Shown here: piece after piece, positions 25,181 through 35,733 of the stretch | Position numbering within the stretch: the stretch's first letter is position 1 | Layout of the letters: each line of letters starts with the position of its first letter | DNA from: Callorhinchus milii | Taxonomy: Eukaryota | Assembly (NCBI RefSeq): GCF_018977255.1 | Contig: NW_024704742.1 | Location: 120,654,001-120,718,000, forward strand | Length of the DNA: 64,000 nucleotides | Reading direction: 5' to 3' | The notes under the pieces: generated by a model | Told to the model about the DNA's origin: nothing | What the model saw: the letters and a program-made list of their open reading frames with translations, nothing else | Databases searched by the model: none | Position numbers and translations under genes: made by a program

Positions 25181-26232
25181 TGTTTGCACAAGAGCATAAT
25201 TTACACATGATATACACAACAAAACTTATACAGCATCATTAACGTAGGAAAATGTCTCAAAGTATCTTTCAAAGACCAAGTAGGAAGAAAATATGGGGAG
25301 TAAGGGAGGCGGGGGGAATCAAAGGTACAGTCAAAGAGATTTTTAAACGGGTTTTAAAAAGCAAAGGGAGATAGAGGGATTTGGGAAGAGATTTCAGAAG
25401 GACAGGATAAAGTGGCTATAAACTCGGCGTCAATGGGAAACTTGACTGGCCAGAGGATCTGATGCAGGTCAGAGTTGCGGGTGGGGGCGGAGTAGGATGA
25501 TAGCAGATTGCGGAGAACAGATGAGGCAAGCCTTGAGGGATTTGAAGGTAAGGACGAGGATCTTAAAGGCAATCTTAAAGTCAATCCACTGGGCGATAGG
25601 GAACCAAAATGTGATTCACACAATGTAAAATGCTTCTTACCTTTCCTGGAGTTTCTTCAAATAGGTGAGGAGCTAACAGACCAGGATTCAAACCAGAACT
25701 TTCTGCGAGTAAGGTGCAAAACCAACTGAGCTACCCAGGAGGTTGGTATGAATGGAATGAACACATGATACAAAATGCTGAATATGCCTAATTTTCTATA
25801 ACCAGAAGGTTGTTTAACTCACAAGAAACAAAGTCACTTATGACTGACAAACACCTTCTTGTCAGTCAATGATGGGCTAAAAACGGTTAGATATTCCACT
25901 GTTCTCACAGCATATTCTTGTAATGTTCAGCACTGACCATTTCCAGCATGTGCATTTTTACCATTTTAGTTTCTAGAAAACACTAGTGTGCAGTAGTTGC
26001 AATAATTGCAAAAAAAAACTGAATACACTACACAAAAGTTATTTCAGAATTGTAATTGAAATAGGAATTTAAACAATTGCTCTGGGTTTATAGTATTTAC
26101 CTTTTAGCAATACTGTAACTTCAAATTATACCCACAATTTTAAATGGGGATAGCAGTAGTTGCTTTGATCAACAATTAAATATTTTACTGTGAAAGGTTA
26201 ACCACCTGAATGTAGTGCTTTCCAGCACTTAC

Positions 26233-27279
26233 CTGCTGTTGCTCGTGCAGTTTGCTCTGATGCCATCGCTCTCGCCTCCGCTGTTTTCTTTTTAAACTCT
26301 TAAGCCTGTTTCTTTCTCTTTTACTCAATATTCTTTCATCTAGAGGTGAGCGCAAAGAAAGACATGGTATTGAATCACTACGAGGGTTGCCTGTAGCTCC
26401 ATCTCGTCCTTCTTCCTCCTGCTCTGTCATGTCATTTTCTTCAGTACTTGTATCAAGTGACCAACCTCTAATCCTGGCAGAAACATTGTTGGAATGTCTT
26501 TGCACCGATGGCCCGGGACCTAACTCTTGTCCTTCTGCTATGAAACCATTACCAAATGACGGAAGATGTGATGATAAATCAACTTCCAGATTATGTTGGT
26601 TTTCAGAAACAAAAACATTGGGTTCTTCATTGACAGGTAACTGCAAATTAACAGCTTCTACCAATGGTGCCTGTCTAGGACTGGCAATCTCATTTATTTG
26701 TTGCATTGTAATTCCACAAGATGAAGTTCGTGAACGCAATCCATGAACACCAGGGAAACTAATGGCTGCATCCTTTGAATCTTGGCTGCTAAAATCCAGA
26801 CTGTGAGACTTTCTGTGAAAAGCTTTCATTGTACATCTGGCCCTCACTGGCTGTGAAGCAGAGGAGCACGGCTGCGGATTAGCAGCTTTGAAGTGCAATT
26901 CGTTGCTGTCAGCTTCTAGAACTCCTCTACGGTGTGATCTTGTCTCGAGGCAAAGTGCATCTGTTACTCTTCCAAGTTCCATCTTCTTCACCTGGTGTAA
27001 AAGTTCATTTTGTCTGTAGTGAGTCAAGCTGTTTTCTTCCCCATTTTCCATGTTCTCCACAGTTGGCAATTTATAAATATGTTCCACTTTCTGCGGGAAT
27101 TTCACCTTTGTAGACTTCCCAATTCTGATTAAGTGGGGTGGTTCATAGTCAGTACGGCTCTTGCAGACATGTACAGTCACTTTCTGTCCACAGGGGCATG
27201 TGGCACTGCTGACAAAGTTAAACCCCCCTAAACGAGCTCCACAATGGAAGCAGTGCAGCTTCCCGATTGTCCACTGTCC
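26233..27279 (-). CDS. RNF180: RNF180 large coding exon (349 codons, phase 0/0)
   Basis: Acceptor ttttccatag| then [47 protein letters not shown], matching the RNF180 N-terminal Zn-binding motif ([21 protein letters not shown]). The basic tract LSKRERNRLKSLKRKQRRRERW lies near the end. Donor CAG|gtaagt; GT at 26232-26231. Confidence 0.95.
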
Positions 27280-29289
27280 CTATGGAAAAGAAATAGACAA
27301 CAATCTGTTCATTGTAAAAAAATAAAAAAGCGGGAAAATGGCCACATCAACTCTTTCATTCAATTCATGAGGTCAGCTTTTTCTTTTCTATGTTTTGTAG
27401 AAACTAGTACAGTACAGAAAAGCCCACAGAACAGTGAGACAGAGGCACCTGATTTAGCAGATTGTGCTGTTTTATAGTATATCAATTCAATAGACTTTAA
27501 AAATATATAGGCACTAATGATAGAGTGCGAAATGCGAATCATATGGTGGTGCTTGAAAATTCCACATTTTTTACGCCAGTTAAGTGAAAAAAATGCAATA
27601 CACAAAGCCACCTTTTTAATAGTGAAGAGTGCAAGTAGCCTCCTGAATACTGAACAGCGTTTGGCACATACAGATTCATTGACACCAGACAGCAGCCTAT
27701 AGTATAGGCTTTCAATGAGATTTCCAGTCAAAACCGCCAACAACTATCCAGCAAGTCTGTCTGTCTCTTTAGAAAATTCAATAATTACAAATTAAAATAA
27801 GTAAAACTGAGAAGATGCTTCCTTATTATTTCAGCCTCAGCTACCCTGTAAAATGGAGCATTTCCAAGACACTGTTGAATTGCTAAACTCCAGTCATTTT
27901 ATGCCTGAAGAACACTTTTTTAAAAAAATGGCACCAATCACATACCAGTCAGAGTGGGAGGAGATTTCCCACGCTGTATATTTTAAGGTTGTCCACTCTG
28001 CCAACCTAAACAGAAATTTACTTGGTACATTTTCCTTTCACTAGTTATATTCCACATCTATAATTGTTTTGCTGGTTAAGTCAGTTTCACAGAACATATT
28101 AATCCTATGGAAGTCCTGTGAAGTAGCATTATTTTAGCAAAAAAGCATAGATTGGTTGTCATGGTTGAGACAGCAGGAACCTTCACAAACCTAGACTGGG
28201 AAATCTCATTATAGCACTGTCAGCTGGGTCCTAAATCTCACTGACTGCATTAAAAGCAAGGTGCGAAAAAATGTTGGCATCAATGGAAGGGAAAAAACAT
28301 CAGTCCTGTTTCCCCCTTCAGAACTTTGCTTTGGGTTAGGCTTTTACAACTGGACCCCATGCTCTGATGCACTATATACCACCATGTACTGTGGACTCAC
28401 TGAATACAGGAAGTTTGACAAAGGTGCTGAAAGTCTCCTAGCATCTCAGTAACTAAAGGAAAGGTTTGGGAGAGTGGCTGCCAGCGTTCTGCTTACACGG
28501 ACAATTTGGTGACAGCAGTGGCAACCTGGAAATATTTTCGGGCAGACTCTGTGTGTGACTCATTAGAATGCAGAGTCTGACTTCATGGAACCCACCACTG
28601 AGTGATAACGGGATCGCAATCGCTTTCTTCCAGTGTGTTGGAACTTTACCACTTGGGCAATGTACCAAAGGGCAGTCAGCATACTGGAACTGTAGTACAG
28701 TTGAGTCACTGATTTCAGGCAAAAAAGTTGGGCAGAGGAGAAGAAATTATAACAGTTCAGACTATACTTATGTTTTTATCCTCAATTTTCCAATATTTTT
28801 CATAATCTTTTATTAATAATTTTCAGAGAAAAATAAAATGTGTCACTATTACAAGGTACATTTCCTACAGTAGATATCAAGATTCATTGCATGGGGAGAC
28901 GTACAAGTGGTTGCATAACTTGGTCATATCCAATTTACCATCTAAAATTAGTTCTCAATTGATGGAGACAGAGCTACTCACTAAACCCATGCTGAGAAAA
29001 GCTGTACATTCTGGCAAAAATACCAAGTAAGGCAGCTCAAAATTCTATGAATAGTAAAGTAAATACTGATGAAAAACATACTATATTTTGTTTTGTCCAC
29101 CTGTCTCTGATTTGACTTGTATTAATACAAGTCAAATCAGAGACAGGTGGACAAAACAAAGAGAAAAATGGTAATCAAAAAAGGAACATTGTAGGAGGGA
29201 GGGAGTCGTCAATAAGTCATTTTCAAAATAACAAAATCTCCCTTGAAATGTTATTGATGGAAGCTTACTTTGGGGATGACAACAACTTG

Positions 29290-29610
29290 AACTTATATGG
29301 CACCCTCCATATGCAGGGTAGAGCTTCACTCCGAGCCGGGGAGTGTGGGGGGGGGGGGGGGGTGGGGTTGAACGTAAACACGGTTGAAAAGGAAGGTTTT
29401 TAGGCGGGACTTGAAAAAGAGGAGAAAGGGGGCAAGGAGGAGGGATTGAGGGAGTGTTTCAGAGTTTCGGGGTATAGTGGCTGAAAGCACGACCTCCAAT
29501 GGTGGAGCAAAGGGTGGGAGGGACAAGTAGGAAGCCGGTGCCAGTTGAGCGGAGGCGCCAGGTGGTGGATTGGGGAGTGAGGAGGTCGGAACTATAAGGA
29601 GGTGCCAGCA
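29290..29610 (-). mobile_element. L2 3' end
   Basis: FKSRLKTFLF ORF2 terminus and L2 tail. Confidence 0.85.
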
Positions 29611-30489
29611 TGACATCCTTCAGGCTGAGCATATGCTAGTACATGGGAAGTGCTGCTGCTTCCTGCACAGAAAGTGACATTTGGGGCACTTCCTGAACAT
29701 AGTGCCATACCCAATGTGGGGCTTGAACCAACAACCAGCCAGAAGAAAGAATACTGTCAATTGAGCCAAATTGGCAATAGAGAAACAAGAGTTGCATTAA
29801 TTTATCTCTACTTGGCGAGCAACCAACCTTACCCCTTCCACCCTTAGGATGGGTGCAAAATTGAGGAAAGTTCCTTCTCAGGTAATGAGGCTAATCCACT
29901 GTGATCACAGATCTCATGCAATTGCTCAATATGGCAAGGAACAAACATGGGTATATGAATTAGTTGAAATCAGAAGAATTATTTTATTCACCTGTCATAT
30001 GGTAAATGATACTCTGCAGCTGTTGCAAATAATACTATAATTGATACCCATTAGTCAATCATCAAGATACAGTAGGCAGCATTTATTTCCAGTTTAAAAT
30101 ACTATAATAATGACTGGAGGAATTAGAATTCAGTTGATGGATAACGAAAGATCCTGTAAACTTTAAAATTAGCTTATAGATTCCTTCTATTTAGCATAGC
30201 AAATACAAGAGAAGACAGATCATGTACTAAGAATAGTAAAATTGGCACTTACTATTTTGTGACAAGATACTATATAATCAACTGGAGCTATAACCCTTCT
30301 TTTAATCCATTTTTATCATAACAGGTTATAATTTATTTATTTTAGACATTATATCAATATCGAGGGGGAATGTGGGAATAGGGGCATGCAGAAATTCAAA
30401 TAATCTTAATGTAATTGGCAGAGTGGAGGAGAGAGGCGGTGAACCGGGAAGTGATATGAGAAAAATGAAAAAGGGATTGTGAAAGAACT

Positions 30490-30905
30490 CAAAAGGTCAA
30501 AGACAGATTTGAGGTGTATATATATTAATGCACAAAGCAGTCGAATTAGCATTATCAGAGAACAAACGAAATCCAGGAGAGGACTGGCAGCTAAATATTC
30601 ACGGGTACCAAATTTTTAGACAAGATAAAGTAGGAAAAAGGGAGGGGGCTGGCAGTACTAATCAAGGATTCTATTGCAGTGCTGGAACACAAGGATGATG
30701 GAAGGGTGGGTGAAAACTGAATGTATCTGGGCAGAGGTGAGAAACAAGAAGTATTACTTTGGTGGTCTACATTAAATTCCTAACAAACAGTTAAAATGAG
30801 ATAGAGGAAAAGATCTGTAGAAAAAACTGGGAGAAGTGCAGAAATAATAGGATCATAATAATTGGGGACTTCAATTATCCTAAAATAGACTGGGACTAAG
30901 GCAAT
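30490..30905 (+). mobile_element. old CR1 endonuclease fragment
   Basis: Frameshifted motifs INAQS, DWQLNIHGYQIFRQD and IIGDFNYPKIDW. Confidence 0.8.
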
Positions 30906-30998
30906 CGGAGTGGACAAAAAGGTGCATTTTTTGCTTCCACAATGTTATGCCCAGTCACTTTCTATGCACATTTTAGAGACAAATCAAAACTCTATTAC

Positions 30999-31094
30999 CT
31001 TGTCTATTTCTGTTATTATCCAGCCTGGAAGAGCTTCTAAATTCACATGCCAGACATTGCAGACTTTCTGTACAGTGGCTTTCTCAGCAGATTT
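30999..31094 (-). CDS. RNF180: RNF180 96-nt coding exon
   Basis: tttgttctttag| KSAEKATVQKVCNVWHVNLEALPGWIITEIDK |gtaata. Matches RNF180 CHVWHMNVEALPEWI and splices in frame to both neighbours. Confidence 0.93.
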
Positions 31095-31678
31095 CTAAAG
31101 AACAAACAAATCCACAATTAATACATATTCAGGGTCAAATATTGACCCTCTTTGCAAAATAGCCTGCCAAGATTTTATGCTGAGACTCACACATGAAGAA
31201 TACAATAACAACAACAACTTGCATTTATACAGTGCTCTTTATGTAGGATATGTATCAGAATGGCAGAGTTGGACGTCAATTGTCTTTTGAAAGTCTAAGC
31301 ATACTATGTCATATGGCTTCCCACAGTGACCTTGGGACGTCATCTCCTCAAAAACGTCTGAGGTTAGTCAGTCAACATCTACCTATCACTTCTGAATCCA
31401 TTTTAGTTATCATTTATTAGATTATTTTTAGAAAGATAATCTATTTTCTTCCTGATGGTTAACTCCATTAGTTTGGTTTCCAATTATTGAGGTCATAACG
31501 TCTGCCAATGTTTCACAAATCATCCGTCTTGTCTCTCTAAGTACCCTGGGGTACAGTTCATCCATCCCTGGGGATTCCACACCTGAAGCAAAGGCGTTTT
31601 TAGTTTGAAGAGCTTTTCCACACAGGGAAAAAGCTCACCTCTCAAATTACCTTCTGAATTTCGTTTTGCTGGTGCTGT

Positions 31679-32040
31679 GGAGTCCTGTAGCTCAGTGGTT
31701 AGAGCACTCGCCTCGCAAGCGAGAGACCTGGGTTCGATTCCGGGCAGGGCGAAACGTTGGGCAAGTTTCCTTATTCCACACATCTGTTTACCTAGCAATA
31801 AGTAGGAACCTGGTTGTTAGTCGATTGGCAGATGGCTTTTCTGGGGTTCATAATTCCTTAAAAAAAAATTGGTTACTCAATCCACGACTGTTTGTGCGAC
31901 ACTTCGGTGCGCAATTGGCTGTTGTGTTTCGCCCACAAAATATACAGTTAATTCACTTTACAGTATATTCTGTGAAGTGCTTTGAGACGTCTCAAAGACT
32001 TGATAAGGTGCTACATCAAATGCAAGGATTATTATTATTA
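31679..32040 (+). mobile_element. tRNA(Ala)-derived SINE, long form, well preserved
   Basis: TAGCTCAGTGG A box, CTCGC-CTCGCAA-GCGAG anticodon arm (CGC), GGTTCGATTCC B box, Deu 3' segment, L2-like tail. Confidence 0.93.
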
Positions 32041-32081
32041 GGATGATTATGTGTTGCTGAATCACTAAACTTGAATCATAC

Positions 32082-32186
32082 TTGTACTGTTGATGGCAGT
32101 TCACCATGGGAAGATGCCAAACTATTGGCATCCAGTACAAATCTTCGACATTTCCAGCACCGTAAACTCCCCTCCATTATTACCAT
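32082..32186 (-). CDS. RNF180: RNF180 first coding exon (whole exon 32082-32201; ATG at 32186, alternative in-frame ATG at 32177)
   Basis: Acceptor gttctcttgcag| before 32201; MVIMEGSLRCWKCRRFVLDANSLASSHGELPSTVQ |gtatga. LRCWKCR is the RNF180 N-terminal motif. Confidence 0.9.
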
Positions 32187-32486
32187 CACATGCTCATTTG
32201 TCTGCAAGAGAACAAAAAAAAACTAAGTTATAGAGTAATTATCATTATGGAAGAAATTATATTTTTGTAGCATCTTGTGCATAATGATCAAATTCAAACT
32301 AACAAGTGGAAAACTGTAACCTGAATAATATATGTAACTATTTTGAGGATATATTATAGATTATTTTGTGGATTAGCTATGTGAAATAAAATCTAATGTT
32401 CTAAACTCATTCCCCAGGAGCCAGGTTATCTAGAAGAGTAGAATTTTAGCCCATGTTTTGGCTAAATCCGCTCCAGAGGTTGAAGC

Positions 32487-32780
32487 TGGATGAGACTTAA
32501 ACCGAGGGTCCCCTCTGCCTGTCTAGGTGGATGTTAAAGAACCTATGGCACTATTCAAAAAGAGAAGGAAGTTTCTCCTAAGTGTTCTGGTCACCAATCT
32601 CCCAAGTAAAATTGGCATTCACTTCACGGTTGTTTGTGGGGCATTGCTGGTTGCAAATTGGCTGCCACATTCGCCTACAAAATACATAGTCACTACACTT
32701 TACAGTATATCCTGTGAAGAGCTTTGAGACATCCTTCCTATGTGAAAGGAGCAATATAAATGTCAGGATTATTATTATTT
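32487..32780 (+). mobile_element. Deu-domain SINE (headless)
   Basis: GGATGAGACTTAAACCGAGGGTCCCCTCTGCCTGTCTAGGTGGATGTTAAAGAACCTATGGCACTATTC core plus tail. Confidence 0.8.
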
Positions 32781-32936
32781 AAAGTGAAAGCAATACTTAC
32801 GCAGATAACCGCAGTAGCAACCTTTATTTAAAACAGCTTTGATTTAAATTGTGTCTGTGTTTATGAAACTTGTGACACATCAATTGAAAAAAGATCATAC
32901 TGAGATGGTGGTGGCAGTTATTGACTTTGAACCAGT

Positions 32937-33317
32937 GGAGTTCTGTAGATCAGTGGTTAGAGAACTCATCTCACAGGCGAGAGGACCTGGTTTGATTCCC
33001 GTCAAGACGAAAAGCTGGCCAAGTTTCCTTACTCCACACACCACTGTTCACCTAGCAGTAAGTAGGAACCCGGCTGTTAGACGATTGGGGGATCACTCTA
33101 CCTGGGATAATAACCCTTCCAAAAAGAAATAATAATTCAGTCACTCAATCCACGACTGTTTGTGGGACACTGCTGTGCGCAATTGGATGCTGCGTTTCGA
33201 TCACAAAATATACAGTCAATTCACTTTACAGTATATTCTGTGAAGCCCTTTGAGACTTCTGGAAGATGAGATAAGGCGCTATATCAAATGCAAGGATTAT
33301 TATTATTATTATTATTA
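32937..33317 (+). mobile_element. tRNA-derived SINE, long form
   Basis: Complete head, body and (ATT)n tail. Confidence 0.9.
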
Positions 33318-33356
33318 CACTCCTACCTTCTGGTGGTTTGAAGGGCTAGACTATGG

Positions 33357-34390
33357 TATAGAATCATAGAATCATACGGCACAGAAAGAGGCCATTCGGC
33401 CCATCGCGTCTGCGCCGGCTCCTAAAAGAGCAATCCAACTCAATCCCACTGGGCCGCTTTCTCTCCATAACCCTGTAATCCTGTCCTCCCCAGATACTCA
33501 TCTACTTCTCTCTTAAAAGTTGTTATTGAATCGGCTTTCACTACCCTTTCAGGTAATGCATTCCAGATATGAACAACTCCCTGGGTGAAAATTTTTTTCC
33601 TAACCTCGCCTGTTTCTTTTAACAACTATCTTAAATCGGTGTCCTCGGGTTACTGACCCACCCGCCAGTGGAAACAGATTTTCCTGGTTCAACCTATCAA
33701 ATCCTTTCATGATCTTGAAAACCTTTATTAAATCCCCTCTTAATCTTCTCTGCTCCAGGGAGAATAATCCTAGTTTCGCTAACCTCTCCTCATAACTAAG
33801 GTCCTTCATTCCTGGTACCATCCTGGTAAACCTCCTTTACACCCTCTCCAACGCCCTAACATCTTTCCTAAAGTGCGGTGCCCAGAACTGAACGCAGTAC
33901 TACAACTGAGGCCTAACCAGCATTTTATAAATATTCAACATCACCTCCTGACTTTTGAATTCTATGCCTCTATTTATAAAACCTAGTATCCCATATGCTT
34001 TTTTAACAGCTTTGTCTACCTGTCCTGCCACCTGCAGAGATTTGCTTATGTGGACCCCCAGGTCTCTCTGTTCATTTGCCCCCTTTAAGATTGTACCATC
34101 ATCTTATACTGTCGCTCCTCATTCTTCCTACCGAAATGCAACACTTCGCATTTCTCCACATTAAACATCATCTGCCAACGTTTCTGCCCATCTTACCAAT
34201 CTGTCGAAGTCCTCTTGGGAGTCTGGTGCTATCCCCCTCACTATTAACTACTTTTCGTAGCTTAGTATCGTCTGCAAATTTGGAAATTGTGCTCCCCATA
34301 TCCAGGTCCGGTTCATTAATATAGACCAGAAAGAGCAGTGGTCCCAATACCGACCCCTGAGGGACACCACCGCTACACACCTCCCTCTCG
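33357..34390 (-). mobile_element. CR1 LINE 3' ~1 kb
   Basis: [18 protein letters not shown]...SKFADDTKL and LSYEERLAKLGLFSLEQRRLRGDLIKVFKI, with (ATTCTATG)n tail. Confidence 0.95.
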
Positions 34391-34787
34391 GTTAGTATTC
34401 CCGATACTAAGACACAGCACCGCGTGGTTGAGATTGTGGGGGTGGGGGGAACAAGAGAGAGAGGTGACCCGTCCCGGAGATCACGGAAGGAAACTTGTTG
34501 CTGCTCCTGGAGGAAAGCCACACTGACCGCGCGCGCACTCGCACTCGCAGGACAGGGGACCCGGGTACATGCTCAGGCCCCTCGCCACGTGGTCTGGACG
34601 GATGTCCTGTTGCGGTACTGTGGTGATGTACATGTAAATGTAAATGGGTTGAGGGGGGGGGCGGGGGGGGGGGGGGGGAGAGGGCAAACCCTGAGTCAAC
34701 TCAACCTGTGGATCTGACCCACAAGGTGCCTCATCCTTCTTGATCACTCTATCCTCCTTCACCACCTCTCTCACCTCAACCTTCATT

Positions 34788-35120
34788 GGAGTCCTGTAGC
34801 TCAGTGGTTAGAGCACTCGCTTTGCAAGCGAGAGACCTGAGTTCAATTCCAGGCAGAGGGCGAAACCTTGGGCAAGTTTCCTTACTCCACACAGAGCCTA
34901 ATAATAATCCCTCCAAAACCAAAAAAAAATAATAAATTGGTCATTTTCAATCTACGACTGTTTGTGGGACATTGCTGTGCGCAATTGGCTGCCGCGTTCG
35001 CCCACAAATATACAGTCAATTCACTTTACAGTGTGTTCTGTGAAGCGCTTTGGGACGTCCTCCCGACGTGAAAAGCGCTATATCAAATGCAAGGATTATT
35101 ATTATTATTATTATTATTAT
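34788..35120 (+). mobile_element. tRNA(Ala)-derived SINE, short form, young-looking
   Basis: CTCGC-TTTGCAA-GCGAG (TGC anticodon), CpGs intact, long pure (ATT)n tail. Confidence 0.93.
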
Positions 35121-35733
35121 GGTGGCGGCTTCACGCCCAATTGGGCGGGTTTGTCTTGAACTGCGCGGGTTCGGGCGGGCGCCTCATCTTTTTTTTAAAT
35201 TTTTTTGAAAAAAAAACGGTTGCAGTCAAACCTGCCCACACGTCGCATTTTTTTCCCCCCCTTTTCATCCCCATTTGAAGACCTTTTTCTCGCAGAGTTT
35301 ACAAACTCCACTGAAACCTGACCCCGGACACCGGGGCGGCCCCGAATGTAAACAGCCGACGCACCGGGTCGGGTTGGGCTGTTTTTTGGGCGGGTGTTTG
35401 GGGTGACTTTGGGCTACAGACGGCCTTGTGGTGAGTGTCGACACCACAAACTGCCGCCCAACCCCCTGCCCCCCGGGCCCGGCCCGGCCCGGCCCGGCCC
35501 CCACACCCCCTACACCGGCCGGTCTGCCGACTCGAGCCCCCGGGCCTCCGCGCTCGCCCCCCGCGGCCTCGGCCTCTCCTCTCCTCTCCTTACCCGGTGC
35601 GGGGCCCCGCGGGGGGGAGGGGGGGGGACGGCTGCTCCTCACCGCGGCTTCTCGGGACCGGGACCAGCGGTTTAAGAGGAGAAGATGGTGACTCCTCCGC
35701 CTCCGCCTCCGGAACAACCCCGACCTGCGGCCG
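35121..35733 (-). promoter_or_regulatory. CpG island / RNF180 promoter
   Basis: The only strongly GC- and CpG-rich non-repeat stretch in the window. Has GC boxes (GGGCGG) and (GGCCC)n, and lies 3.4 kb upstream of the first coding exon. Confidence 0.85.
35594..35720 (-). other. RNF180: probable non-coding first exon of RNF180 (5' end approximate)
   Basis: Inside the CpG island. Minus-strand donor CGG|GTAAGG with GT at 35593-35592. No ATG in the putative exon. Confidence 0.55.

Noticed and set aside
25641..25672. Candidate small RNF180 exon with AAG|GTAAGA donor
   Set aside because: 32 nt would shift the frame, there is no RNF180 similarity, and its acceptor lies in a decayed tRNA-like SINE head.
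1..26184. RNF180 RING and transmembrane exons
   Set aside because: No CAVCLDVY / FCEPC / CPLC-type coding sequence was found by eye; probably outside the window.
26185..26232. ORF tail VSAGKHYIQVVNLSQ as the RNF180 C-terminus, and ORF start at 27180
   Set aside because: Read-through past a consensus donor. The true exon starts at the acceptor at 27279. A truncated intron-retained isoform cannot be shown from sequence.
28453..28722. ORF containing PTHWKKAIAIPL
   Set aside because: Only a short LINE-RT-like motif; too decayed to classify or call a gene.
31679..31750. tRNA-Ala gene (also 34788, 49698, 60821)
   Set aside because: These are SINE heads: there is no proper acceptor stem, and each continues into SINE sequence.
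34645..34685. Poly-G run as a regulatory G-quadruplex
   Set aside because: Similar G runs occur in L2 3' ends here, and homopolymer length is unreliable; no independent support.
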